Source: Candidatus Aminicenantes bacterium
Lineage (GTDB): Bacteria; Acidobacteriota; Aminicenantia; Aminicenantales; Aminicenantaceae
Reading direction: 5' to 3'
Assembly: GCA_021162615.1 (NCBI GenBank)
Contig: JAGGYH010000090.1
Coordinates: 22,800-86,799 of the forward strand
DNA length: 64,000 nucleotides
The notes beneath the pieces are model-generated. The model was given only the letters and a program-made list of their open reading frames with translations. It was not told the DNA's origin and did no database searches. Position numbers and translations under genes: made by a program. This document shows, piece by piece, positions 46,734 to 56,683 of the stretch (within the stretch, counting starts at the first letter, position 1; every line of letters begins with the position of its first letter).

Positions 46734-49007
46734 ATGCATGAAAAAAAGGAAGATACCGAAAAAGAAGTCTCCAAAAAAGCTTTGTCTATCAGCATTAAAA
46801 GGATCGACCTCCCTATAACAGGGATGTCTTGTGCGGCCTGTGCCTCCAAAGTGGAACGAAGCATCTCAAGTGTAAAAGGTGTTTCCAAGGTCAATGTCAA
46901 TTTAGCCAGCTCAAAAGCATCTGTTGAATACGAGCCGTCTCATACGGATGCGGAGAGTATAAAAAATGCAGTGAGACATGCTGGATACGGAGTGCAGGAA
47001 GAGCCTGATGATGGGGAGAAAGATGTTCAGGATGATCATACAAAAAAATTCAACAGGCTGAGAACAAAACTATCAGCAGGGGTCTTTTTGGCGCTGGTCA
47101 TATTTCTGGGAAGCTCTCCTAAATTGTTTCCATGGCTTCCTTCTTTTATGAGTAACGTCTTTTTCCTCTGGGTTTTGGCGACACCTGTTCAATTCTGGAT
47201 CGGATGGCCCTTTTACGCAAGCGCATGGAAGGCTTTAAAACATAAAAGCGCGGATATGAACACCCTCATTGCCGTTGGTTCTTCCGCGGCTTATATGTAC
47301 AGTGCGGCGGCCGCTCTTTTTCCATCGTTCTTTGCTTCAGGAGGTATCACGCCCCATGTTTATTTTGATACTTCTTCCATGATCATTGTGATTATTACCC
47401 TGGGGAGGATGCTGGAAGCAAGAGCGAAAAAACGCACTTCCGAAGCTGTGCGCAAGCTTATGAGGCTCAAACCAAAAATAGCCAGAGTGATAAGAGATGG
47501 AAAGATGTTGGACATTGCCGTGGGTCAGGTCAGGGTAGGGGATGTGATTCAAATCCGCCCCGGCGAGAGAATTCCAGTGGACGGGATTGTAACCAAAGGG
47601 GCCTCTTATGTGGATGAATCCATGATAACCGGGGAAAGCATGCCTGTAGTAAAAAAAGAGGGAGATGAGGTCATAGGGGCGACCATGAACAAAACAGGAA
47701 GCTTCCTGTTCAAAGCGGCCAGAGTCGGCAGGGAAACAGCCCTGGCTCAGATCATCAAAATGGTGGAGCAGGCCCAGGGCTCCAAAGCTCCCATTCAAAG
47801 ACTGGCTGATATTGTGGCAGGATATTTTGTCGTGATTGTGATATCCATTGCTGTCGTGACTTTTGCCGCATGGTTTGTTTTTGGCCCAAAGCCGGCACTG
47901 ACATTAGCGGTTTTGAATTTTGTGGCGGTGATGATCATCGCCTGTCCCTGTGCCATGGGCCTGGCAACGCCCACTGCGATAATGGTGGGAACAGGCAAGG
48001 GTGCGGAGAACGGGATTTTAATAAAAGGCGGGGAGACCCTGGAAAATGCTTATAAAATAAACACCCTTATTTTTGACAAGACCGGCACGATCACAAAGGG
48101 CTTGCCTGAAGTAACGGATGTGATTCCCAAACATCCTTACACAGAGGAGAGACTTTTGTTTTATGCCGGAAGTGCGGAGCTCAATTCCGAACATCCTCTG
48201 GGGGAGGCGGTCATAAAAGGAGCGAAAAATAGGAAAATATCTCTTCGTGAACCGGATAAATTTCAGGCTTTTGAAGCACAGGGGATCAAAGCGGAGGTGG
48301 AAGGAAAGGAAGTTCTCCTAGGAACACAGGATTTCATGGAAAAAAACAGAATGACCCTCGGAGAACTTAAAGATAAAGCCGAAGCCCTGGCTCTTGAGGG
48401 GAAGACTCCGGTTTTTGCAGCCGTGGACCGCAAAGCCGCAGGCTTGATAAGTGTGGTCGATCCGCTCAAGAGTGATGCAGCCTGGTCTGTAGAAAAGCTC
48501 AGAAAAATGGGAATGGAAGTGGTTATGCTGACCGGAGATAACAAAAGGACAGCGAACGCGGTCGCCGGAAAAGCCGGAATAAAAAAGGTGCTGTCTGAAG
48601 TCAGGCCTGAAGATAAGCTCGAAGCTGTGAAAGCCCTCCAGAGAGAAGGCAAAAAAGTAGCCATGGTAGGGGATGGTATCAATGATGCCCCTGCTCTTGC
48701 CCAGGCGGACATAGGAATAGCTATCGGCTCAGGAACCGATGTAGCCAAGGAAGCATCGGATATCACCCTTATAAGCGGGGAATTGAAAGGAGTTGTATCA
48801 GCGGTCGAGCTCAGCAGGAAAACCGTGAAAACCATAAAACAGAATCTATTTTGGGCTTTTTTCTATAATTCAGTGGGGATCCCCATAGCTGCCGGTGTTC
48901 TTTATCCTTTTTTCGGCATTCTTCTCAATCCCATCATAGCAGCGGCGGCCATGGCTTTCAGTTCCGTATCTGTGGTTTTGAATTCTCTAAGATTAAAGAG
49001 AGCTTGA
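46734..49007 (+). CDS. copA: Copper-translocating P1B-type ATPase
   Basis: HMA domain [17 protein letters not shown] motif ([11 protein letters not shown]), DKTGTIT, and [11 protein letters not shown]. Confidence 0.95.
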   Translation: MHEKKEDTEKEVSKKALSISIKRIDLPITGMSCAACASKVERSISSVKGVSKVNVNLASSKASVEYEPSHTDAESIKNAVRHAGYGVQEEPDDGEKDVQDDHTKKFNRLRTKLSAGVFLALVIFLGSSPKLFPWLPSFMSNVFFLWVLATPVQFWIGWPFYASAWKALKHKSADMNTLIAVGSSAAYMYSAAAALFPSFFASGGITPHVYFDTSSMIIVIITLGRMLEARAKKRTSEAVRKLMRLKPKIARVIRDGKMLDIAVGQVRVGDVIQIRPGERIPVDGIVTKGASYVDESMITGESMPVVKKEGDEVIGATMNKTGSFLFKAARVGRETALAQIIKMVEQAQGSKAPIQRLADIVAGYFVVIVISIAVVTFAAWFVFGPKPALTLAVLNFVAVMIIACPCAMGLATPTAIMVGTGKGAENGILIKGGETLENAYKINTLIFDKTGTITKGLPEVTDVIPKHPYTEERLLFYAGSAELNSEHPLGEAVIKGAKNRKISLREPDKFQAFEAQGIKAEVEGKEVLLGTQDFMEKNRMTLGELKDKAEALALEGKTPVFAAVDRKAAGLISVVDPLKSDAAWSVEKLRKMGMEVVMLTGDNKRTANAVAGKAGIKKVLSEVRPEDKLEAVKALQREGKKVAMVGDGINDAPALAQADIGIAIGSGTDVAKEASDITLISGELKGVVSAVELSRKTVKTIKQNLFWAFFYNSVGIPIAAGVLYPFFGILLNPIIAAAAMAFSSVSVVLNSLRLKRA

Positions 49008-49145
49008 AAAAATGACGGGCAGCACCCTTGGCTCGTGAATAATTCAGGATAGTCAATTTTTCTAGAGGCCTATGATATAAGGAATTCATGTTTTGGGGAG
49101 ACCGGTTTTTTTACCTTGACCTTTGATGGCATATTTGATTAAATT

Positions 49146-50489
49146 TTGGTTGCTGTGGATGCCCAAGAGAAGCAGAAAGACATTTTGATATCCTGGAAAG
49201 AAATTGCAGATTATCTGGGCTTCGATGTGAGGACTTGCCAGAGATGGGAAAAGGATTCCATGCTTCCCGTGCACAGGTTCATCGATTCATCAAAGTCCAG
49301 AGTTTTTTCCTATAAGCAGGACCTCGACGCCTGGTTTGAAAGAAAAAATCAAAGCGAAATCAAGAACAGGAGGAGATATCTTTTTTTTCTTACTCCTGTC
49401 CTAGCCCTTGTTTTGATCTTTATTTTTTTGATACGGCCGCAAATGCCTAAAAACCCCCATGATTTCAGGATCGAGGGATCAGAACTGGTGGTGCTGAACA
49501 AAAACCGGAAAGAGATCTGGCGCTATGATACAGATATAAGGGGCCTTCAGGATGAAGCCTTTTACTGGAATCACTTTCAGTTCAAAAGGAGAGGAAGAGG
49601 AAAGCGTCAAATGGATCTGCCCCTTATAATGATAATCGACTTGAATCGCGACGGCAAGAATGAAGTCTTGTTTGCACAAACTTCCGTTGATTACAATTAT
49701 GCTCCAAGCAGGCTTTTTTGCTTCAGCAGTAAAGGGGAAATAAGATGGATTTTTAAGCCAGGACGGAAGATGATTTTTGGCGAAAAACAGTACTCATCTA
49801 AATACAAAATACGTGGGTTTAAGGTTGCTGACTTTAATAAAGACAGGCCGCCTGAAATATTGGTGATATCTGATAACATAGATATGTTTCCCACACAGGT
49901 TGGGGTTCTCGATAACCAAGGCAGCTTACTGAGGGAATACTGGAATTCAGGGAGGATCGAAGATATTTCTTTTTGGGATCTGGACCTGGATGGAGAGGAA
50001 GAGATCCTGATGGCCGGCTGCAACAATGAATATGATAAGGGCTGCCTGATTGTGTTGGAGCCTGATTTTACAAGCGGAGGCTCCCCTCAGACAGGCTATT
50101 ACAAATCTCCCGGACTCTCCCAGGGAGCGGAGATGCAGTACATTCTTTTTCCAAGCACAGATATCGGCAATTCAACATTCATTCGCGACCCTGTCTTCCA
50201 GATTCGCATTATTGAGGGGGAAACCATATCCATTGAGACCAAATCAGGCCTTTTTTTTGAGTTTGATTTTAATTTTGTGCTTAAGGAGATCCGGTTCGCA
50301 GACCAGTTTGAAAATCTGTATCGTGAGGCTTATGAGAAAGGTATAGTCAGTGAACAATTCAGCCCTCATGTCATGGCTGAGGTCAGAACCAGACTGTTCC
50401 CTGAGGTCCTTTATTGCAACGGAGAAGACTGGATTTCCAATCCTTTAATGGCCAAAAACAAATCCTCTGCCAAAGAGAAGGGGCACTGA
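49146..50489 (+). CDS. Membrane-anchored HTH protein with an extracytoplasmic beta-propeller-like (FG-GAP/VCBS-like) domain
   Basis: Excisionase/MerR-like HTH at the N-terminus (ISWKEIADYLGFDVRTCQRWEKDSMLPVHR) and one TM (YLFFLTPVLALVLIFIFLI). About 340 aa follow with repeated D-x-[ND]-x-D-G/x-x-E-[IV]-L motifs (DLNRDGKNEVLF, DFNKDRPPEILV, DLDLDGEEEILM). The start codon is uncertain (TTG 49146 or GTG 49155). Confidence 0.6.
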   Translation: MVAVDAQEKQKDILISWKEIADYLGFDVRTCQRWEKDSMLPVHRFIDSSKSRVFSYKQDLDAWFERKNQSEIKNRRRYLFFLTPVLALVLIFIFLIRPQMPKNPHDFRIEGSELVVLNKNRKEIWRYDTDIRGLQDEAFYWNHFQFKRRGRGKRQMDLPLIMIIDLNRDGKNEVLFAQTSVDYNYAPSRLFCFSSKGEIRWIFKPGRKMIFGEKQYSSKYKIRGFKVADFNKDRPPEILVISDNIDMFPTQVGVLDNQGSLLREYWNSGRIEDISFWDLDLDGEEEILMAGCNNEYDKGCLIVLEPDFTSGGSPQTGYYKSPGLSQGAEMQYILFPSTDIGNSTFIRDPVFQIRIIEGETISIETKSGLFFEFDFNFVLKEIRFADQFENLYREAYEKGIVSEQFSPHVMAEVRTRLFPEVLYCNGEDWISNPLMAKNKSSAKEKGH

Positions 50490-50590
50490 TAACTCCCTTC
50501 TGAGAAAACCAGCCTCTATGATGAACGAGCCGAGGTTATAGAGAGCTTACTGAATTTCAAATCGGAATTTATTTTTTTCTAAAAAAAAGC

Positions 50591-50634
50591 TTGACAAATC
50601 AATTTGAATGCGATACTAACTAAATAGTTAGTTA
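50591..50634 (+). promoter_or_regulatory. Candidate promoter with a palindromic TetR-type operator
   Basis: TTGACA at 50591-50596, with a weak -10 around 50612-50619. A perfect 7-bp inverted repeat TAACTAA-ATAG-TTAGTTA lies at 50617-50634, 15 nt upstream of the TetR start. Confidence 0.5.
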
Positions 50635-50649
50635 AAAAAGTGCAGGACA

Positions 50650-51285
50650 ATGAGTGCTGAAACGGACGGCAGGAAAAAGAAACAGGCTAAAACCCGGGAA
50701 AAGATCCTCAAGGCGGCAACGAAGCTTTTTGCCAGAAAAGGATTTGACGGAGCCCGGGTGGATGAGATCGCTCAAAAAGCAGGAGTGAACAAGGCTCTCA
50801 TTTATTATTATTTCAAGAGCAAGGAGGAAATTCTGGAAGAGATCATGAAGGTGTTTCTTGAAGAATCTCTCCGGAGAAAGAAAAAAATGATGGAAAGGCA
50901 CGTGCAAATAGAAAAAAAAGAACTGATCCGCCTATCCATCGAGAGAATCTTTGATCTGTATAAAGGCAATGAGGATGTGCTGCGCATCATCATTACTGAA
51001 GAGCTCAAATCAGAAAAAAAGCAGTGGCCGCTTTTTCAAGTGCTGGACATGGGACTTGCAGAAGGATTAAAAATGGCACAGGATCTGGATATTTCAATCG
51101 AGGATAAAGATAAAATTGTATTAGCTGCCTTCTATTTCGGTTTTGTTCCCATCGCATTTTTCACGCTGCTCAAGGATGAATGGGCCCGCTACTACAACTC
51201 AGATAAAAACAAGGATCAGAAAGAGTTCATCGATATCCTGAAGAAAACATATGTGCGGTTTCTTCTTGAGGAGCTTCAGGAATGA
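50650..51285 (+). CDS. TetR/AcrR family transcriptional regulator
   Basis: N-terminal HTH REKILKAATKLFARKGFDGARVDEIAQKAGVNKALIYYYFKSKEEI. 211 aa. Confidence 0.9.
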   Translation: MSAETDGRKKKQAKTREKILKAATKLFARKGFDGARVDEIAQKAGVNKALIYYYFKSKEEILEEIMKVFLEESLRRKKKMMERHVQIEKKELIRLSIERIFDLYKGNEDVLRIIITEELKSEKKQWPLFQVLDMGLAEGLKMAQDLDISIEDKDKIVLAAFYFGFVPIAFFTLLKDEWARYYNSDKNKDQKEFIDILKKTYVRFLLEELQE

Positions 51286-51340
51286 TTTTCTTCAACAGGT
51301 ATTTAACCGGATGTTTCCGTACGGGAAGGAGTTTGAAAAA

Positions 51341-52540
51341 ATGAAAAAAAAGACATTCTCTGTATGCCTCATGGCGCTTGTCCTCTTTTTCCTCATTACG
51401 CCCGAAGCTAGGGGTGACGTTGACCTTTTCGGCTATTATGAGGCCCAGGTCATGGGCGCAAAGGTCAAAGACCGCTTTTACCAGCTCTTTGCCAATAAGC
51501 TGAGAGTGGACCTCAAGGCTGACCTCTCTTCCAGCGTATACTTTGCCGCCAATTTTGATTACATCACTTATCACGGGAAAAAGCAGTGGAATATTCTGGA
51601 TTTTCTCTCTTCCGATATCACCTCAAAGATCCCTGATGCCCTCAAATCCCTGTATGTGATTCCTTTTTCCGACCGCAACTTTCTGGACAATGCGTATATG
51701 AAGCTTTCTTTTAAGCTGTTTGACCTGACCCTGGGCAAACAGCAGATCTCTCTGGGTACAGGCTATGTCTGGAATCCTGTGGATGTTTTCAATATCAAAG
51801 ACATTCTGGACCCCACCTATGAGCAGCCAGGCCACAATGCCCTCCGCGCTGATGTGCCCATCGGATTGGGAAGCACACTAACAGCTCTTTATTCACCTGG
51901 AGATGAGTGGAAAAGGTCAGCCAAACTGCTTCAGTTCAAAACACGCATCTCCCGTTTTGACTTTGCGGTGACCGGCATAGAAAAGACCTGGGTCTTTCAT
52001 GATTATACTGTGTTTGACTTGGCTCAAATGAATTTTCAGGAGCTTCCGGAGAAAAGGCGTCTTCTTGGCGTCAGCACCGCCGGAGAGCTGCTGGGTCTGG
52101 GGGTATGGGCCGAGTATGCCTATAACTGGATGGAGGAGACCGATGATTTCTGCGAACTGGCAGCGGGCGCGGATTACACCTTTGATTTTCAGACTTACTT
52201 TCTCATTGAGTACTTTCGGAACACTTTGGGAAAGAGCGATTACAGAGATTACACCCTTAATGACTGGATGCGCAGCTTTGCCCAGGAGCAGAAGGCGGTC
52301 TCCAGAGACCAGGTCTATTTTTTGATCCAGCATCCGGCCACAGACCTTATGACAGTGGGGATGTCCGCCATCTGCAGCCTCTCGGACCACAGCCTGGCGC
52401 TTGTGCCCACGGTCATGTATTCCTTTTCCCAGAATGTGGATATCTATGCGTATCTGAATTGGAACACGGGCAAGGAAGGGACTTACTTTGCCAACACCAT
52501 GGGCAACGGCGGATTTATCAGAGTAAGAGTTTATTTTTAG
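51341..52540 (+). CDS. Hypothetical outer-membrane beta-barrel protein
   Basis: Signal peptide MKKKTFSVCLMALVLFFLITPEARG, alternating amphipathic strands and the terminal ...GGFIRVRVYF (C-terminal Phe signature). ATG 51341 with an upstream GGAAGGA is preferred over the ORF-track start. Confidence 0.55.
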   Translation: MKKKTFSVCLMALVLFFLITPEARGDVDLFGYYEAQVMGAKVKDRFYQLFANKLRVDLKADLSSSVYFAANFDYITYHGKKQWNILDFLSSDITSKIPDALKSLYVIPFSDRNFLDNAYMKLSFKLFDLTLGKQQISLGTGYVWNPVDVFNIKDILDPTYEQPGHNALRADVPIGLGSTLTALYSPGDEWKRSAKLLQFKTRISRFDFAVTGIEKTWVFHDYTVFDLAQMNFQELPEKRRLLGVSTAGELLGLGVWAEYAYNWMEETDDFCELAAGADYTFDFQTYFLIEYFRNTLGKSDYRDYTLNDWMRSFAQEQKAVSRDQVYFLIQHPATDLMTVGMSAICSLSDHSLALVPTVMYSFSQNVDIYAYLNWNTGKEGTYFANTMGNGGFIRVRVYF

Positions 52541-52763
52541 TCATCTGGATTATTCACAAGTCGAGGCTGCTGCGGATGCGAGGCGCAGGGTATGAAGCTG
52601 TGGTCCTTCACCGCGGCCTTTGCTTTTTGTCTCTTTTTTAAAAATGTTGAAATTTACCTGGTTTTTGTATAGAGTTTTCTTTTATTGATTTTCTTATATT
52701 AAAATGATATTCAAATCATTGGTTTATCTAACATCAACATCCCCAAAAACCTAGGAGGTTTTC

Positions 52764-54701
52764 ATGAAATATTTTTGCCGTTTTTCTAAAACAATATCGC
52801 TCATATGTTTGTTTTGTCTCACTGTTATTTTTCTCCCTGCGCAGGCTCCTTCCAAAGGCTACCATGACTATCAGGCGCTCACTTCGGTCCTCAAGCAGAT
52901 TGCTTCCCAGTATCCGGATATCACGGAGCTTAAATCACTGGGAACTACCCTCAAAGGAAAAAACATATGGATGCTACAGATTTCGGGCACGAACGGCCCC
53001 TCACCCCTCGAGAAGCAGGCCCTTTTGATCTGCGGCAACCTGGAAGGCGACCATGTCATAGGGAGTGAAGTGGCTTTGGGAATCGCGCGGCACCTCGCGG
53101 AGAACTATGCCAAAGATGACCAGGTCAAAAAAGTCCTTGACCAGCGCACGTTCTACATTATCCCGCGGCTTAATCCGGACGGAGCCGAGCTTTTTTTCAA
53201 AAAAGTGCTTCATGAGCAGAGCGCAAACCTGAAACCCCGCGATGAGGATTTTGACTGGATAAAAGATGAGGACCCCCCCGAAGATCTGAATAATGACGGA
53301 CTCATCACCATGATGCGGGTAAAGGATAAAGAGGGCGGCTGGACCGTGGATGAAAAAGACCCCAGGCTTATGAAAAAGAAAGAAGACGGCACGCCTCTTG
53401 ATAAGCTCTATAAACTGTATCCCGAAGGAATAGACAATGACGGCGATGGAAACTACAATGAGGACGGAATCGGAGGATTCAATATCAACCGCAATTTCCC
53501 TCATAATTTCGGCTATGATTTTAAAGGACTGGGCGTGTACCCCGCATCTGAGGTTGAGACCCAGTACCTCATAGACTTTATGACGCGTTATGTTCCCGGG
53601 TTTAAGACCCAGCCCCATAAAAATATATGCGGAGTTCTTATCTTTTCCAAATATGATAACCTGGCGGCAGACCCGGGTATCGTATGCGGCACCCCTACTT
53701 TTCCCCAGCCCCCGCAGCAAGTAAGGGACGCAGGAGCCGGACAGATGTTTATGTTTTTCAGGAGGGGAAGAGGAGAGGAAGGCCAGGAACAGCTTCCTCC
53801 GGCAAGAGACCCTCAGCAAAAAAAGACTCTTCCGGCCGATGAATATCTCTTCAAAAACGTAAGCGATAAGTACAAGGAAATAACCGGAATCAAAAGCGCT
53901 CATTCTGAAAAGCCGGCAGGCTCCATGCTGGAATGGGCTTATTTTCAGTTCGGGGTCCCATCTTTTTCCGCAAACCTGTGGTCCCTGAGGGAAGAGGAAA
54001 GAGGCCCCGGAGCAAAAAGGCCCGGCGCCCTGTCCTCACCTTCCCAGGCGCAAACCCAGGAGGCGGCTGCTTCGGACAGGAGAGCCATGTTCATGCAGAT
54101 GATGGGCGGCGCCCGGGGTTCTGCCCCTGGTGCGGCAGGCCGGTCCGCTGATACGGATACCTATAAAAAATGGCTGGACTGGATAGACAAAAACAACAAC
54201 GGGAAAGGATTTGTGGAATGGGCTCCTTTTGAACACGAACAGCTGGGTGAGGTTGAGATCGGAGGATTCGAGCCTTATTTCAGAGTGAATCCCCCTGCCG
54301 AGAAGATCCCCGAGCTCATCAAGTCACATTCTGATTTTGCTCTTTACCTCGCTTCCCAGTTTGCTCATATTGTCATGGAAAAACCCCGGATCAAGAAACT
54401 CTCTTCAGGGCTCTTTGAGCTTAAAGTGACGCTGCACAACAAGGGAAAATTCCCTTATGTCACGGCCATGGGGCAGAGAACCCGGAGCATAAATTCCATA
54501 CTCGTGGAAATCACGCTTGAAGAAGACAAAAACATGTCCCTTTTTGGCGGAAGCAGGAGAGTGGACACCACCAATATCGAACCCGGCGGAGAAAAGGAGA
54601 TCACATGGCTCATTCTTTCGCCTTCTGGGAAAAAAGCGGATATCCGCCTGTGGGCGAGAAACGGCGGCGGTGAAACCAAAGAGTCAGTTGTCTTAAGATA
54701 A
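52764..54701 (+). CDS. M14 (carboxypeptidase A-like) family protein, predicted catalytically degenerate
   Basis: Signal peptide and an M14 N-terminal pattern (YHDYQALTSVLKQIASQYPDITELKSLGTTLKGKNIWMLQISG; NRNF). The metal and catalytic positions are altered relative to the downstream paralog (see finding). Strong RBS AGGAGG. Confidence 0.75.
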   Translation: MKYFCRFSKTISLICLFCLTVIFLPAQAPSKGYHDYQALTSVLKQIASQYPDITELKSLGTTLKGKNIWMLQISGTNGPSPLEKQALLICGNLEGDHVIGSEVALGIARHLAENYAKDDQVKKVLDQRTFYIIPRLNPDGAELFFKKVLHEQSANLKPRDEDFDWIKDEDPPEDLNNDGLITMMRVKDKEGGWTVDEKDPRLMKKKEDGTPLDKLYKLYPEGIDNDGDGNYNEDGIGGFNINRNFPHNFGYDFKGLGVYPASEVETQYLIDFMTRYVPGFKTQPHKNICGVLIFSKYDNLAADPGIVCGTPTFPQPPQQVRDAGAGQMFMFFRRGRGEEGQEQLPPARDPQQKKTLPADEYLFKNVSDKYKEITGIKSAHSEKPAGSMLEWAYFQFGVPSFSANLWSLREEERGPGAKRPGALSSPSQAQTQEAAASDRRAMFMQMMGGARGSAPGAAGRSADTDTYKKWLDWIDKNNNGKGFVEWAPFEHEQLGEVEIGGFEPYFRVNPPAEKIPELIKSHSDFALYLASQFAHIVMEKPRIKKLSSGLFELKVTLHNKGKFPYVTAMGQRTRSINSILVEITLEEDKNMSLFGGSRRVDTTNIEPGGEKEITWLILSPSGKKADIRLWARNGGGETKESVVLR

Positions 54702-54716
54702 TAACGGAGGATAAAA

Positions 54717-56552
54717 ATGAGAAACAGAAAAAATAAATCAATCCGAAATAAAAGAATAATGATGGGAGCTTTTCTTGTTTTAGCACTCGCAGCCGCTTCG
54801 GCCATCGCCCTGGCCCAGGAATATCTTCCCAGAAAGTGGGATACCCGAAAGGTCCATCTTTCGTTTAACCACTATTACGACTGGAACGAAGTGGGAGAGG
54901 CTTTGGAGAAACTTGAAAAAGCATACCCTAAGTTCCTGACCCTTCGTTCCATAGGAACATCCTATCAGGGCCGCGAACTCTGGTATATGACCATCAATAA
55001 TCCGGATACCGGAGATGAGATGGATAAATGCGCCATGTACATTGATGCCAATATTCACGGAAACGAGATCCAGGGCGGCGAAGTGGGCATTTACACCATT
55101 TGGTATCTGATGGAGAATTACCCTTATAATGACTATGTCAGGGAGCTGGTGGATGAGCGGGTGTTTTATATCTTTCCATCCGTGAATCCTGACGGAAGAG
55201 ACCTGTTTATCCACACTGGAGGCTCCTCCCGTTCAGGGCAGGCTCCCTTTGATGATGATAATGACGGGCTTTATGATGAGGACCCACCCGAAGACCTGGA
55301 CGGTGACAAAGAAGTAGGCTCCATGTTCATCAAGGTGAAGCCGGGGGAAGGCGGCTACCGGATGAGCGATAAAGGAGACCGGCTGGTACGGGTAAAAAAG
55401 AACATTGAAGGAAAACCGGATGAATTGGGGGATTATAAGTACATCGGGAGCGAAGGTATTGACAATGACGGAGACGGACGCTACAACGAAGACACAGGCG
55501 GAGGCTATGATCCCAACAGAGACTGGGGCTCTTACTGGCAGCCCTCTTACATCCAGAGAGGCGCGGCCGCTTATCCTTTTTACTGGAAAGAAGCCAAATT
55601 AACCAAGGATTTTTTCTATGCCCATCCCAATATCGCCGGAGTTCAGGCCTTTCATAATTCAGGCGGAATGATCCTCCGCGTTCCCGGCCCCCAGCTCCAT
55701 GGAGAGGTTCCCATGAGCGACAAAGCCGTATACGATGAGATAGGGCAGAAAGGCGAGAAGATCATCGAGGGTTACGACTACTTCGTCATATGGAAAGACC
55801 TGTACAATGTTTGGGGAGGGTTCATCGATTTTACCTATGATATGCTGGGAGTTTTCTCCTTTTCCAATGAGCTCTGGGCATCCAGGGCGGATCTGGACGG
55901 TGACGGTGAGGTCACCTTGGAAGAAGAGGAATTCTTTTCCAGATACATTGACATGGGAAACACAGAAGTCGCTATGCATGAGATCGATCATCCCGAACTG
56001 GGCAAGGTCATTATTGACAGGGATACGACCAAACTGAGCGGACGCATTCCCCCTTCCTGGCTGCTTGAAGAGCTCTGCCACAGGAATATGGCCTTCTGTT
56101 TGCTTCACGCTTATGAGATGCCCCTTCCCGTTATCAAGGATGTCTCTGCAGAGAAGATCAATCCGGACCTTTATAAAATCAAAGTCACTCTTTACAATGA
56201 ACGGCTTATGCCCACTCTATCGGCTGCAGCGGTTCAGCACCAGGTGCAGAGGCCGGATATACTGTCACTTAAAGGAAATATAGAGGTGCTGGCTGCAGGC
56301 CAGGGCCAAGGAACAGGCCTTCCCAGCGGAATTCCCAGACGATATCTCATGTTTTTCCGGGGCAGGGGCGCCGGAGGTTCTGATGTGACCCTGCTCGATC
56401 AGAAAGATCCGGGAAACATAAAGCTTTTCAACGGGATCCCAGGAAGAAGCGAAGCGGAATACCAGTTTCTGGTCAAAGGAAAAGGCGAAGTCACCGTAGA
56501 GCTGGACTGTGTCAAGGGCGGAACCCACACCCAAAAAATCCAATTAAATTAA
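54717..56552 (+). CDS. M14 family zinc carboxypeptidase
   Basis: HGNE zinc motif (IDANIHGNEIQGGE), NRD substrate loop, AFHNSGG (third zinc ligand) and FSNELW (catalytic Glu). Signal peptide. RBS GGAGG. Confidence 0.8.
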   Translation: MRNRKNKSIRNKRIMMGAFLVLALAAASAIALAQEYLPRKWDTRKVHLSFNHYYDWNEVGEALEKLEKAYPKFLTLRSIGTSYQGRELWYMTINNPDTGDEMDKCAMYIDANIHGNEIQGGEVGIYTIWYLMENYPYNDYVRELVDERVFYIFPSVNPDGRDLFIHTGGSSRSGQAPFDDDNDGLYDEDPPEDLDGDKEVGSMFIKVKPGEGGYRMSDKGDRLVRVKKNIEGKPDELGDYKYIGSEGIDNDGDGRYNEDTGGGYDPNRDWGSYWQPSYIQRGAAAYPFYWKEAKLTKDFFYAHPNIAGVQAFHNSGGMILRVPGPQLHGEVPMSDKAVYDEIGQKGEKIIEGYDYFVIWKDLYNVWGGFIDFTYDMLGVFSFSNELWASRADLDGDGEVTLEEEEFFSRYIDMGNTEVAMHEIDHPELGKVIIDRDTTKLSGRIPPSWLLEELCHRNMAFCLLHAYEMPLPVIKDVSAEKINPDLYKIKVTLYNERLMPTLSAAAVQHQVQRPDILSLKGNIEVLAAGQGQGTGLPSGIPRRYLMFFRGRGAGGSDVTLLDQKDPGNIKLFNGIPGRSEAEYQFLVKGKGEVTVELDCVKGGTHTQKIQLN

Positions 56553-56683
56553 GGGGACGGGCCCGGCTAATTTATTTAAATTGAATAACTTGTAGTATGT
56601 TTTCCACAGGTCAGCTTCTCTATTTCCCCTGAAGTTCTTTTTTCATACGTTAAAAAGGCCCCAAAAAATATTCTAATCACGAG

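Noticed and set aside
48263-48835. 190-aa minus-strand ORF inside copA
   Set aside because: It is antisense to the P-type ATPase phosphorylation and hinge region. It is a Ser/Ala/Pro-rich shadow.
53001-53903. 300-aa minus-strand ORF inside the first M14 gene, plus similar ones at 54780-55214 and 55659-56108
   Set aside because: These are antisense shadow ORFs favoured by the higher GC and codon bias of this region. The plus-strand products have clear M14 motifs, signal peptides and strong RBSs.
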